In this document: positions 18,644 through 29,410 of the stretch, piece by piece
Layout of the letters: every line of letters begins with the position of its first letter
How positions within the stretch are numbered: position 1 is the stretch's first letter
DNA from: Planctomycetota bacterium
GTDB lineage: Bacteria > Planctomycetota > Planctomycetia > Pirellulales > UBA7805
NCBI GenBank assembly: GCA_036153155.1
Contig: JAYZMM010000017.1
Location: forward strand, 1,292 to 65,291
DNA length: 64,000 bases
Direction: 5' to 3'
Position numbers and translations under genes: made by a program
The notes under the pieces: model-generated
Told to the model about the DNA's origin: nothing
What the model saw: the letters and a program-made list of their open reading frames with translations, nothing else
Database searches by the model: none

Positions 18644-20176
18644 TTAATTGGCTTGAATGCTTTTGAGACGTTGGCTCTCTGACGCATTAAACGCGTGATG
18701 GCCAGTTGAACCATTTCCGAGAATTGGTTGTTCGGTGGCGGGAAGATGCTTGCGGTGCATCTTAATTATCGATTGTTTCTGAGGGTTGGTCGCGAGGTTA
18801 TTCCATTCATGGGGATCGTTTCGGTGATCATACAGCTCTTCCGATCCATCACGATATCGGATGTAACGCCAGTCGCGACTCCGGATGGCATGATTTCCTG
18901 GACCAAATGTTGTTCGCACTGGAGGTCTTGATTTCGATGGATCCATTATTTGTGGCGCTAGGGACGAGCCTTCTAGTTGGCTGTCTGAGGGAAGTTTGCA
19001 TAAATCCAGTAAAGTTGGATAGATATCAATGAGTCCGGCTGGCTGTGGACATTTTTGGTTCTGGGGTAATTCAGCACCCGCGATAATCAAAGGCACACGC
19101 GTACCGTCTTCCCAAAGCGATCGTTTTGCCCACCGCTGTTTTTCACCTAAATGAAATCCATGATCTGAAAACAAGACGATAATGGTATTATCGCGATAAG
19201 GGCTTTTATCAAGCGCATCCAAAACATTTCCAACACACGCATCCACAAAAGAACAGCAAGCAAGATAAGACTGAATCGCATGTTTCCACTGTTTATTTTT
19301 AATAATCCATTCATGTAATGGGGCTACATGCCGAAGACTTGTGAGGTCTCGCGCATAGGGTGATAAATCATCCACATCATCAGGTTGTATCAGGGGAGTG
19401 ATAATTTCTCCTCGCGGATGCTGATCAAACCAATCTGGAGGCACAAGCATTGGCACGTGTGGTCTGTAAAAACCGACGGCAAGAAAAAAGGGTTCTTGAT
19501 CGGGAGTTTTTAATTGCTTTATTGCCCAATTAGCAATTTGCGTATCTGGCATTTGATCATTTGAATCTGGGTAGGTCCCCCAATCCCATAATGGATGACC
19601 ATGAGGTTGACTGATTTTCTTTTCGGGTTGCGGACCAAAATATCCAAAGCCTCCCCCGTACTTTCCTAGATTGCTGAATACAGGTCCATTAATCACGTGA
19701 AATATTTTCCCAGCACCCAAAACTCGATATCCCTCATCAGCAAATCTTTGTGGTAGTGTTTTCTTCTGCTTGGTTACCGGGGATGCATCAATCCCGGGAT
19801 TTAGAAAATATAATCCTGAGGACGACGGATATGTTGACGTCAGTAGACTTGCGCGTGACGGTTGACATACGGGGGCCTGACAATGCGCATTGGAGAAAAG
19901 CGTGCCCCTAGCAGCAAGACGATCAATATTCGGCGTCCAGGCCTGAGGATGCCCCCCGAGACATCCTACCCAATCATTGAGATCATCAATCGCGATAAGT
20001 AATATATTCGGCCTGGGGGTGGGATGACTTTCCGCTTCAGCAAGGGCTGAATGCTCCGCGATTACGAGCAGAGGAAGAGAAAGCAGCCCCCAGTGCCGAG
20101 TAAGATAAAATAAACGTAACAGACTGCTGAACGCACTGCTTCCAAGCACTCGAAATACTCTACTGCTGATCGCCAC
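18644..20176 (-). CDS. Sulfatase (formylglycine-dependent, arylsulfatase/iduronate-sulfatase-like)
   Basis: Signal peptide, IAIDDLNDW metal site and the CQPSRASLLTS (C-x-P-x-R) formylglycine motif. Confidence 0.88.
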   Translation of the reverse strand: MAISSRVFRVLGSSAFSSLLRLFYLTRHWGLLSLPLLVIAEHSALAEAESHPTPRPNILLIAIDDLNDWVGCLGGHPQAWTPNIDRLAARGTLFSNAHCQAPVCQPSRASLLTSTYPSSSGLYFLNPGIDASPVTKQKKTLPQRFADEGYRVLGAGKIFHVINGPVFSNLGKYGGGFGYFGPQPEKKISQPHGHPLWDWGTYPDSNDQMPDTQIANWAIKQLKTPDQEPFFLAVGFYRPHVPMLVPPDWFDQHPRGEIITPLIQPDDVDDLSPYARDLTSLRHVAPLHEWIIKNKQWKHAIQSYLACCSFVDACVGNVLDALDKSPYRDNTIIVLFSDHGFHLGEKQRWAKRSLWEDGTRVPLIIAGAELPQNQKCPQPAGLIDIYPTLLDLCKLPSDSQLEGSSLAPQIMDPSKSRPPVRTTFGPGNHAIRSRDWRYIRYRDGSEELYDHRNDPHEWNNLATNPQKQSIIKMHRKHLPATEQPILGNGSTGHHAFNASESQRLKSIQAN

Positions 20177-21959
20177 TCATAATCTCCGGAAATCCAGACC
20201 CCGGTTTTATCCAAGGATAGCAATCCTCATGGGGAACAACACACTCTACGACATAAGGGCCACTGGTTGAGAGCATTCGTTCCATAGCGGGCTGAATTTC
20301 TTTCTTCAGTGAAACCTTTTCGCCTGGTACGCCGTACGAATTCGCATTTGTGATAAAATCCATATCCGACACACCATCAACATGATCAATGACCCCAACA
20401 TTATTTCCACCGAACATATGGGTCGTCCACTGTCGAACAATACACTGTCCACCGTTATTGATCACAAGAACCTTCACAGGAAGGTTGTACCGAGCGATAG
20501 TCCGTAATTCCGGACCGCAACTGTAGTAGCCTTCATCACCTTCCACCACCACCACTAGTCGATCCGGGGCAGCCAATTGTGCTCCAATCGCCTGTGAAAT
20601 ACCGGTTCCAAGCGTGCCAATCCCCGCGCTAGTAACAAAGGATCGAGGACCTGTTGTGTTAATTCTCTGACTCGACCACATCTGATGATTTCCGACATCA
20701 GTGACCACAATTTTATCCGGGTGACTATGCTCGGTAACCTGGTTGAGTGTTTCCAGTGTGTACATAATATCAAGACAATCTTGACTCTGAAATTCACTCG
20801 GCGGGGCTGGATTTTCTTTCAACCAACGTTCGATCTGGTTGTGCCATTGATCAAGCTTTAGCTTTCCAGGATCGAGGTTATCTAATAGATATCGAACCAC
20901 ATCACCTGCATCGCCCAATACATTCAATTTATTAGGGACAATATCACGTGATTTAGTGAATTGTGTTTTTTCTGTATCTACATGCACCAGTGCCGCTCGT
21001 TGCTGAGCTTTTGGCGCAAATGAAGATGGGTTGCCCACTGCGCGATCATCATATCGGGCACCCAATCCCAATATAAAATCAGAATGATATCCCGCTGCAC
21101 TCGCTGCATAGAGGCCATGCATCCCGAGCATACCCAGGTTATATGGATAACTCGAAAGCACGGATGATTTACCGGGCAGGGTATGAATGACGGGGATCTT
21201 AGTCTTTTCTAAAAGCGCGTGAAATTCATCAAAGACATTGGCCAGTGAAAGACCGTAGCCAGCCATGATGACCGGGCTATCCGATGCGTAGAGAAGCTTG
21301 ATCGCCTCGTCCAGTGCGTCTGTATCGAGTTCGGGTTTTGTTAGATAGTCTTGATAAGAGGTGATTTTATCGCGACATTTTCTTAAATCGATCGGAGCAA
21401 ACTGAACATCCTTTGGTAAATCCCAAAGCACACTTCCCGGACGACCCTCCGCAGCATGGGCCAAATCTTTAGGAATAGAATCAATTAATTGGTCCACGTT
21501 TTCAATAAGTCTGGCAGATTTTGTAACCGGTATTACCACATCGGTGATATCAGTTCCCTGAAATGCATCCGTACCAATTGCATCCTGTGGCACCTGCCCA
21601 GCAATCAATCCCACAGGCGCGCAATCCCGTGTCGCATCAGCAAGAGCTGTAACTGTGTTAAGTCCGCCTGGCCCAGAAGTCACGATACCAACTTGTGGCT
21701 GTTGACTAATTTTTGCCATCCCAAGAACAGCAAATGCGAGTCCCTGCTCGGTTTTAAAGAAAACTTGCCGTAAAGTACGACTAACGCGATCCATCGTGGG
21801 CATAATCTGCCCACCCTGAAGCGATGGAACGATATTGATTCCTTGTGCCCGAAGAATTAATCCAATTAACGAGGCACCAATGATTGGTGTTTGTTCCTTA
21901 TTCGCAATGATTTCTTCCGTCAGCTCATCAATCACAGTTGTTTCTATTGGTGTCGCCAT
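20160..21959 (-). CDS. Thiamine-diphosphate-dependent enzyme, acetolactate synthase large-subunit-like
   Basis: It has TSGPGGLNTVTALADA and FQGTDITDVVIPVTKS, plus the C-terminal ThDP-binding region (VEGDEGYY...VINNGG). No ilvN or ilvC lies nearby, so I do not assign ilvB. It overlaps the downstream sulfatase start by 17 nt. Confidence 0.8.
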   Translation of the reverse strand: MATPIETTVIDELTEEIIANKEQTPIIGASLIGLILRAQGINIVPSLQGGQIMPTMDRVSRTLRQVFFKTEQGLAFAVLGMAKISQQPQVGIVTSGPGGLNTVTALADATRDCAPVGLIAGQVPQDAIGTDAFQGTDITDVVIPVTKSARLIENVDQLIDSIPKDLAHAAEGRPGSVLWDLPKDVQFAPIDLRKCRDKITSYQDYLTKPELDTDALDEAIKLLYASDSPVIMAGYGLSLANVFDEFHALLEKTKIPVIHTLPGKSSVLSSYPYNLGMLGMHGLYAASAAGYHSDFILGLGARYDDRAVGNPSSFAPKAQQRAALVHVDTEKTQFTKSRDIVPNKLNVLGDAGDVVRYLLDNLDPGKLKLDQWHNQIERWLKENPAPPSEFQSQDCLDIMYTLETLNQVTEHSHPDKIVVTDVGNHQMWSSQRINTTGPRSFVTSAGIGTLGTGISQAIGAQLAAPDRLVVVVEGDEGYYSCGPELRTIARYNLPVKVLVINNGGQCIVRQWTTHMFGGNNVGVIDHVDGVSDMDFITNANSYGVPGEKVSLKKEIQPAMERMLSTSGPYVVECVVPHEDCYPWIKPGSGFPEIMSGDQQ

Positions 21960-22075
21960 ACTTTTTTCAGTGTCCTGATTGTCGATATTTTTAGACGTGC
22001 CAAAAATACTGTCGCAATATCAATGCATGTGCTTTGGGATTCAGTTCAGTAATCATCCCGTTTCTTGCGACGGGG

Positions 22076-24622
<2,547 letters not shown>

Positions 24623-24937
24623 TTACGAACCTGGTAATCGCCCCACACGGAATCGGATATCTTTAATTAAATTGCTTTCTGTCTTTTTATTAAATGCTTT
24701 TACAAGTTCTTGCTTACGAAAAACAAGCTCTTGCATTACTGTGGAGTTAGTCACAATCACATTGAGTTGTTGCCGGTTGATTTTCCCACAATGTGTCATC
24801 GGAGAAATAGCGTCACCCACAACCTCTCCCCAAATCGCTTCTAATTCAGTTGTGGCTTGCGGTCTTCCCAACCCTCTTCTTGAAAGCAGGTCAGCAACGA
24901 TATTTCCGATTGGTACTGGTCCTCTTTTTTTCATCAT
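24623..24937 (-). CDS. DUF721 family protein (DciA-like)
   Basis: 104 aa. The pattern IGNIVADLLSRRGL...IWGEVVG...C...L.V.V.NS..MQEL is typical of DUF721. It sits between dnaN and gyrB, as DciA-family genes do in many phyla. Confidence 0.7.
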   Translation of the reverse strand: MMKKRGPVPIGNIVADLLSRRGLGRPQATTELEAIWGEVVGDAISPMTHCGKINRQQLNVIVTNSTVMQELVFRKQELVKAFNKKTESNLIKDIRFRVGRLPGS

Positions 24938-24953
24938 TTATCAAGCGAGTGAT

Positions 24954-26069
24954 TTATCGATCTCGAGCCATTGGCATAATAACGTACCCATAACCATCAT
25001 CCGTTGTGCATACCGCTGCACTTTTTGCATCCTTAATTTCCAGTGAGAAAGTTTTGTCTGCGTCAAGCACCTTAAGAAAATCGCTCATATATTTTGGATC
25101 CAACATAAGGGTAATTGGCTTTCCATTGTATTCGATCGGTAACTCAATCCTGGATTGTCCTGTTTCAGCTGCCTCGCCAGCTAACACTGCGTTCCCTTCC
25201 CCAAAAGTAAAATCGATGCCACGACTCTCTTCACTAGTGACAATTGCTGCCTGACGAACAGCGGAATAAAACAACCCGACAGGCAGTTCAATCTGCATAT
25301 TTTCATCTCGTTTAGGAAACACATCCCTCCATTTAGGAAAACGTCCTTCCACTAAACGAGAATAAATCGTTACATCACCACACTGAATCAGGACATCGTT
25401 AGAGTGGGTTGAAAACTTCACCTGCGATTCTTGATCAGACAACGCACGATCAATAAGTTGAAGCGCGCGACTTGGAATAATAGTGGTTGAATCGCCTGTT
25501 TTATGACCACCTACAGGCTCAGACGGTCCCTGCATTTTTGCGAGTCGACGACCATCTGTTCCAACTGCTATTAAATCTTTATCACCTAATTCAAACAACA
25601 CACCGCTAAGTGCATACCGACTACTTTCATTATCTGTGGCAAAAATAGTCCGATGAATAATCTCTTTTAGGAAAGCTGCAGAAATTTCATGATAAGAATC
25701 ATCACTAAAAGACGCGACAGCTGGAAATTCGTCTGGGTTTGCGGCGGGCAGTAGAAAATTACTCCTCTGGCCATGAACACGTACACCTTGTGATGTAACC
25801 TCAATCTCTAATTTATCATCTGGCGCTTCTCTTAAAATGCTCGAGAATCGACTAACTGGTAGTAACGCGGCACCCGGTGTTTCAACTTCCACGTCCTTCA
25901 CAATAAACCGAATACCTACCTCCATATCAGTGGCTGACAACACTGCCTGATCACTCTCAACTTCCAATTTAACATTCTGCAATATTACTTTAGGGCTTCT
26001 GGATGGAGCAACGGATGCGACCACCTGAAACGCTTCTAAGAACTTTGTTCGATCACAATGGATTTTCAT
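24954..26069 (-). CDS. dnaN: DNA polymerase III beta sliding clamp
   Basis: MKIHCDRTKFLEAFQVVASVAP...ILQNVKL is typical of DnaN. I chose the ATG at 26069 because GGAGGAG lies about 10 nt upstream; the ORF track's GTG at 26099 would include that SD. Confidence 0.95.
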   Translation of the reverse strand: MKIHCDRTKFLEAFQVVASVAPSRSPKVILQNVKLEVESDQAVLSATDMEVGIRFIVKDVEVETPGAALLPVSRFSSILREAPDDKLEIEVTSQGVRVHGQRSNFLLPAANPDEFPAVASFSDDSYHEISAAFLKEIIHRTIFATDNESSRYALSGVLFELGDKDLIAVGTDGRRLAKMQGPSEPVGGHKTGDSTTIIPSRALQLIDRALSDQESQVKFSTHSNDVLIQCGDVTIYSRLVEGRFPKWRDVFPKRDENMQIELPVGLFYSAVRQAAIVTSEESRGIDFTFGEGNAVLAGEAAETGQSRIELPIEYNGKPITLMLDPKYMSDFLKVLDADKTFSLEIKDAKSAAVCTTDDGYGYVIMPMARDR

Positions 26070-26364
26070 AACCCGGACTCCTCCCCCTTCAGACAACACA
26101 CTCGTTTATCTATATCTTTTTTATTTTTAGTTTCAGTAGTTAATCCAACAGAGTAAAAACCACACGCCATTACATAACCCTAATAACTACAACACCATCT
26201 GAAAAAATATATTACTAGTAACCTGTCAGTAATCTGTTTACTGTTAATCTCACAACAAGTTGATTTTGTTGATAGAAACCCAGATTAAAATACGACTGGT
26301 AAATAAAATAAATCAACAAACTACACTCAACAAAAACCAACAAGTTTTACACATACAGGTTTAT
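26070..26364. other. Candidate oriC / replication-control spacer between the dnaA-like gene and dnaN
   Basis: My count over 26101..26360 is 77 G+C in 260 nt (about 30% GC, against about 45-50% in flanking genes), with 25 G and 52 C on the plus strand. Its position between the dnaA-like gene and dnaN is the classical oriC site. I found only degenerate DnaA-box matches, e.g. TTTTACACA at 26345..26353. Confidence 0.45.
26251..26344. repeat. Five copies of a CAACAA-core 9-mer, consensus (A/C)(T/C/A)CAACAA(A/G)
   Basis: The copies are CACAACAAG (26251..26259), ATCAACAAA on the minus strand (26265..26273), ATCAACAAA (26312..26320), CTCAACAAA (26326..26334) and ACCAACAAG (26336..26344). The first two form an inverted pair. 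Confidence 0.5.
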
Positions 26365-27264
26365 TTATTGATGTAGTTTTTCGATCGCATTTTTCAGTAA
26401 TAGGATGTGTTTTTTTATTTCCAAATCTTCAATTGTTTTTTTTTCAATCACTTGGCAGCCATGCGATACAGTCGAGTGGTCGCGATCCAGAAATTTACCA
26501 ATCTTCTGAATACTGTGGCCGTATAATTGGTGGGCCATGTACATCAAGAGTTGCCGGGGAAGAACGATTCCCCGCTGACGACTCCGACCTTTTAAGTCGC
26601 CCATTGAAACCCCAAAATATTTTGAGGTTACTCTGCAGATTTCACTTAATGTGAAATCGGATCCCACCGCCGATTCACTGGTGTTAGATGTTGCGACTTT
26701 GTGTGGTTGGGGGTTTAATTTTAAAACAACCCCCGCATGAAAACGACTCCGCAGTCTTGACGGAAAACTCAACAATGCACTCGGCGGGACACTCATTGTT
26801 AATACAACGCGTTCATTTCCCACTGCACAATGATCTAAAAAATCACACAGACAATTAGCCAAAGAATTATTGGCAGTAAATTGATCAACATTATCGATAA
26901 TCCATAATGTTTCCCGATTAGATTCAAAATATTTATGCTCTAAAGATTGATAATTATTTTTTTGTCCATCGATAAACACAACCGTTTGACCTAACGCACA
27001 ACATCGTCGCTTTAATTCCTTCGTCAATAAAGTCTTTCCAGTACCTCGCCCACCCCAAAACACGGTTGGACTCATCGGATAATTCACCAAAAAAGGATTT
27101 ACCACCTGACCAATAAGCGTCGGCACTAGATGGTTTTCAGGGCCAACAAGGAAACAATCCTGCGTTTTGTCAGTCGGAAACTGATCCCCCGATCCATGTT
27201 CGAATATCGGTGTGCCGCGAAATGAAATACAGCTAACCGGGTCGACGACCATGGTTCCATCCAT
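26365..27264 (-). CDS. Short DnaA-like protein (reduced AAA+ core + DnaA domain IV HTH; lacks domains I-II and the lid)
   Basis: FLVGPEN, Walker A GGRGTGKT, Walker B WIIDNVD and RLRSRF. The C-terminal region LSEICRVTSKYFGVSMGDLKGRSRQRGIVLPRQLLMYMAHQL...DRDHSTVSHG matches the DnaA C-terminal DNA-binding domain. Confidence 0.8.
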   Translation of the reverse strand: MDGTMVVDPVSCISFRGTPIFEHGSGDQFPTDKTQDCFLVGPENHLVPTLIGQVVNPFLVNYPMSPTVFWGGRGTGKTLLTKELKRRCCALGQTVVFIDGQKNNYQSLEHKYFESNRETLWIIDNVDQFTANNSLANCLCDFLDHCAVGNERVVLTMSVPPSALLSFPSRLRSRFHAGVVLKLNPQPHKVATSNTSESAVGSDFTLSEICRVTSKYFGVSMGDLKGRSRQRGIVLPRQLLMYMAHQLYGHSIQKIGKFLDRDHSTVSHGCQVIEKKTIEDLEIKKHILLLKNAIEKLHQ

Positions 27265-27326
27265 TGGGTGAAGAACCCAAATATTAAGACCAGAAAGAAC
27301 ATAAAAGAACGAATTATTTCATGCTT

Positions 27327-28541
27327 CTAATCTACCACTTTAAGCCCCTCTCGACGAGCGGGTGCGGTGGTGGTCGGGGAGGAAATGGTTTTCTGTAAGT
27401 TATTTATACACAATGTGATACGATTAGCCGCCAGTTCCATTTCTTGGTTCGTGTTGAGATAACCAACACTCAGTCGAATTGCCGCATCCAAGAGTGACGT
27501 CTCGCACTTCATCGCCTCTAAAATGGGTGATCTCTGGACCGCTCCACTCTCGCATGCGGCTCCTGTGGAACATGCGATTCCTGACTGGTCGAGCGCCATC
27601 AACAAAGCCTGTCTATCCACACCCGCTACGGAAAAACAACTTGTTTGCGGTGCCCTTTCTGTCTGGTCTCCATGAAATACGACATTTGGAAACGCCAAAG
27701 CAATTTGGTGCTCAAGGAAATCCCGCATCTTTCGCAGTGCCTGCCCATTATCACTCATTTGTGAATGAGACCATTTCCATGCAGTCCAGAGTCCCTCCGC
27801 TAAAACTGGGCTTTCTGTTCCGGGACGTACTCCAGATTGTTGGAATCCGCCAAGCAATAGAGGCTTCATTTGAGTGTTTCCTCGAACGAATAAGCCCCCA
27901 ATTCCTTTCGGGCCGTGAAATTTATGGCCGGAAAAAGTAAGTGCCGAGATAGGAATTTTTCGAAGATCGATGGGTATCTTGTTGATAATTTGTGTTGCAT
28001 CGGTGTGTAGCGGAACACCATACTTCTGACACAATTCCGCAATCCTCTGTATCGGTTGTAATACTCCTGTTTCATGTTGGGCCCAGATCACACTAACCAA
28101 ACTGGCACCTTGTTGAAGAAGATTTTCAAGTTGTTGGATTGAAATGATCCCCTGACGATCCACCTCCAGCCAATGAACAACAATTCCGTTTTGTGCCATA
28201 GACTGGGCAACACGTTCAACACTTGGATGCTCTCCGGGTGAAAGAATAATTGGACCCGCCTCGCCCAAACCGTGAAGAGCCAAATTATTAGCCTCTGTCG
28301 CCCCGCTGGTGAAAATAATTCGATCCGGGTTTATGCCTGTGGTTTGTCCCCCCAGGTCAACTAAAATCCCCTCCCGGGCCCGTTCGACCACTTGGCGGGC
28401 TTTACGCCCAAAGCGATGAGGACTTGCAGGATTGGCGTGCTGGCAACGCGCGCACTCAAGCATTGCCTCCAGCACAGGTGTTGCCAAAGGCGTTGAAGCG
28501 TTGTTATCGAGATAAAGAATCGTTGGCTGGGACATCGCCAC
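27327..28541 (-). CDS. Cysteine desulfurase (class V aminotransferase, NifS/IscS-like)
   Basis: YLDNNASTPL, FTSGATEANN, SGHKFHGPKGIGGLFVR (the PLP lysine) and the active-site loop CSTGAACES. Confidence 0.9.
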   Translation of the reverse strand: MAMSQPTILYLDNNASTPLATPVLEAMLECARCQHANPASPHRFGRKARQVVERAREGILVDLGGQTTGINPDRIIFTSGATEANNLALHGLGEAGPIILSPGEHPSVERVAQSMAQNGIVVHWLEVDRQGIISIQQLENLLQQGASLVSVIWAQHETGVLQPIQRIAELCQKYGVPLHTDATQIINKIPIDLRKIPISALTFSGHKFHGPKGIGGLFVRGNTQMKPLLLGGFQQSGVRPGTESPVLAEGLWTAWKWSHSQMSDNGQALRKMRDFLEHQIALAFPNVVFHGDQTERAPQTSCFSVAGVDRQALLMALDQSGIACSTGAACESGAVQRSPILEAMKCETSLLDAAIRLSVGYLNTNQEMELAANRITLCINNLQKTISSPTTTAPARREGLKVVD

Positions 28542-28664
28542 TATTATAAGACTTTTACATCAGAGATGCGGATGATAGCAGGTGAAAAAGTGGCGTCCCG
28601 ATGGCGTAATCATTGATGATTATTTTGCCTCAATTGGCGTTGTCTTTCAGGAAATACCCTATGT

Positions 28665-29312
28665 ATGATCCCCGCCATGAAAACTTCCGCGTTTGATACA
28701 TTTTGTCGTGCTCTCGTTTTTGGTGCCGTTTTGGGTGCGATCGGTTGGGGTGCTGTACGGTACACCAATCTTCCTCAAATGGCTCTGGCAAAAATTGTCA
28801 CTCTTAGTCGAGAAGTTCAGGGTCAGGCGGGTGATCCGAATTACCTTCACGATGCATCGGTGACATTAACCACCCCTGCCCCATTATCCTCTATAAATTC
28901 TAATTCAGTCTCTGCATCGCCAATTACGCAAACACCGCCTCAAAACATCCCTGCGGTGAATTTGGGTGTTTTGCAACAAGAAGCACAACATCCGGCACAA
29001 CAGGCAGCCTACTTGGAGCCGACGCCCCCGAGCACCAACAATGCGGCAACAATTAATCAAACTTCCTGCAGTCGAAGAACTATGGAACAACGGCTAGCTG
29101 AACTTGGAGCCGTCTACAGCTTACTTGAGATGTGGGGCCATGAAAACGTGCAATACCGTTTCCATTGTCGGGTATCAATCGCAAATAATCGACAAGTCAC
29201 ACGAAGTTTTGAAGCGAACGGTGCAAGCCCTGAAGAGGCGATGCGGCAAGTACTCACCGAAGTCGAGGGGTTTCAGTCCACAAGTAGTCTGCAGGGACCA
29301 GAGGTACGCTGA
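28665..29312 (+). CDS. Hypothetical membrane-anchored protein
   Basis: N-terminal TM helix (ALVFGAVLGAIGWGAV), a low-complexity P/S/Q/N linker and a small C-terminal globular region. I recognise no family. Confidence 0.5.
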   Translation: MIPAMKTSAFDTFCRALVFGAVLGAIGWGAVRYTNLPQMALAKIVTLSREVQGQAGDPNYLHDASVTLTTPAPLSSINSNSVSASPITQTPPQNIPAVNLGVLQQEAQHPAQQAAYLEPTPPSTNNAATINQTSCSRRTMEQRLAELGAVYSLLEMWGHENVQYRFHCRVSIANNRQVTRSFEANGASPEEAMRQVLTEVEGFQSTSSLQGPEVR

Positions 29313-29353
29313 ATATTTTCAGTTGTATTTAACCCTGTTCGTTACTTTTCAGA

Positions 29354-29385
29354 AAAACATATCATATATTTGATCGATATGTTTT
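29354..29385 (+). terminator. A/T-rich inverted repeat (weak terminator or operator) between the hypothetical gene and the acylase gene
   Basis: AAAACATATC (29354..29363) and GATATGTTTT (29376..29385), with a 12-nt loop. The stem is AT-rich, so the call is weak. Confidence 0.3.
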
Positions 29386-29410
29386 ATGCCATTTAGGCTT
29401 TGAGCTGAAG

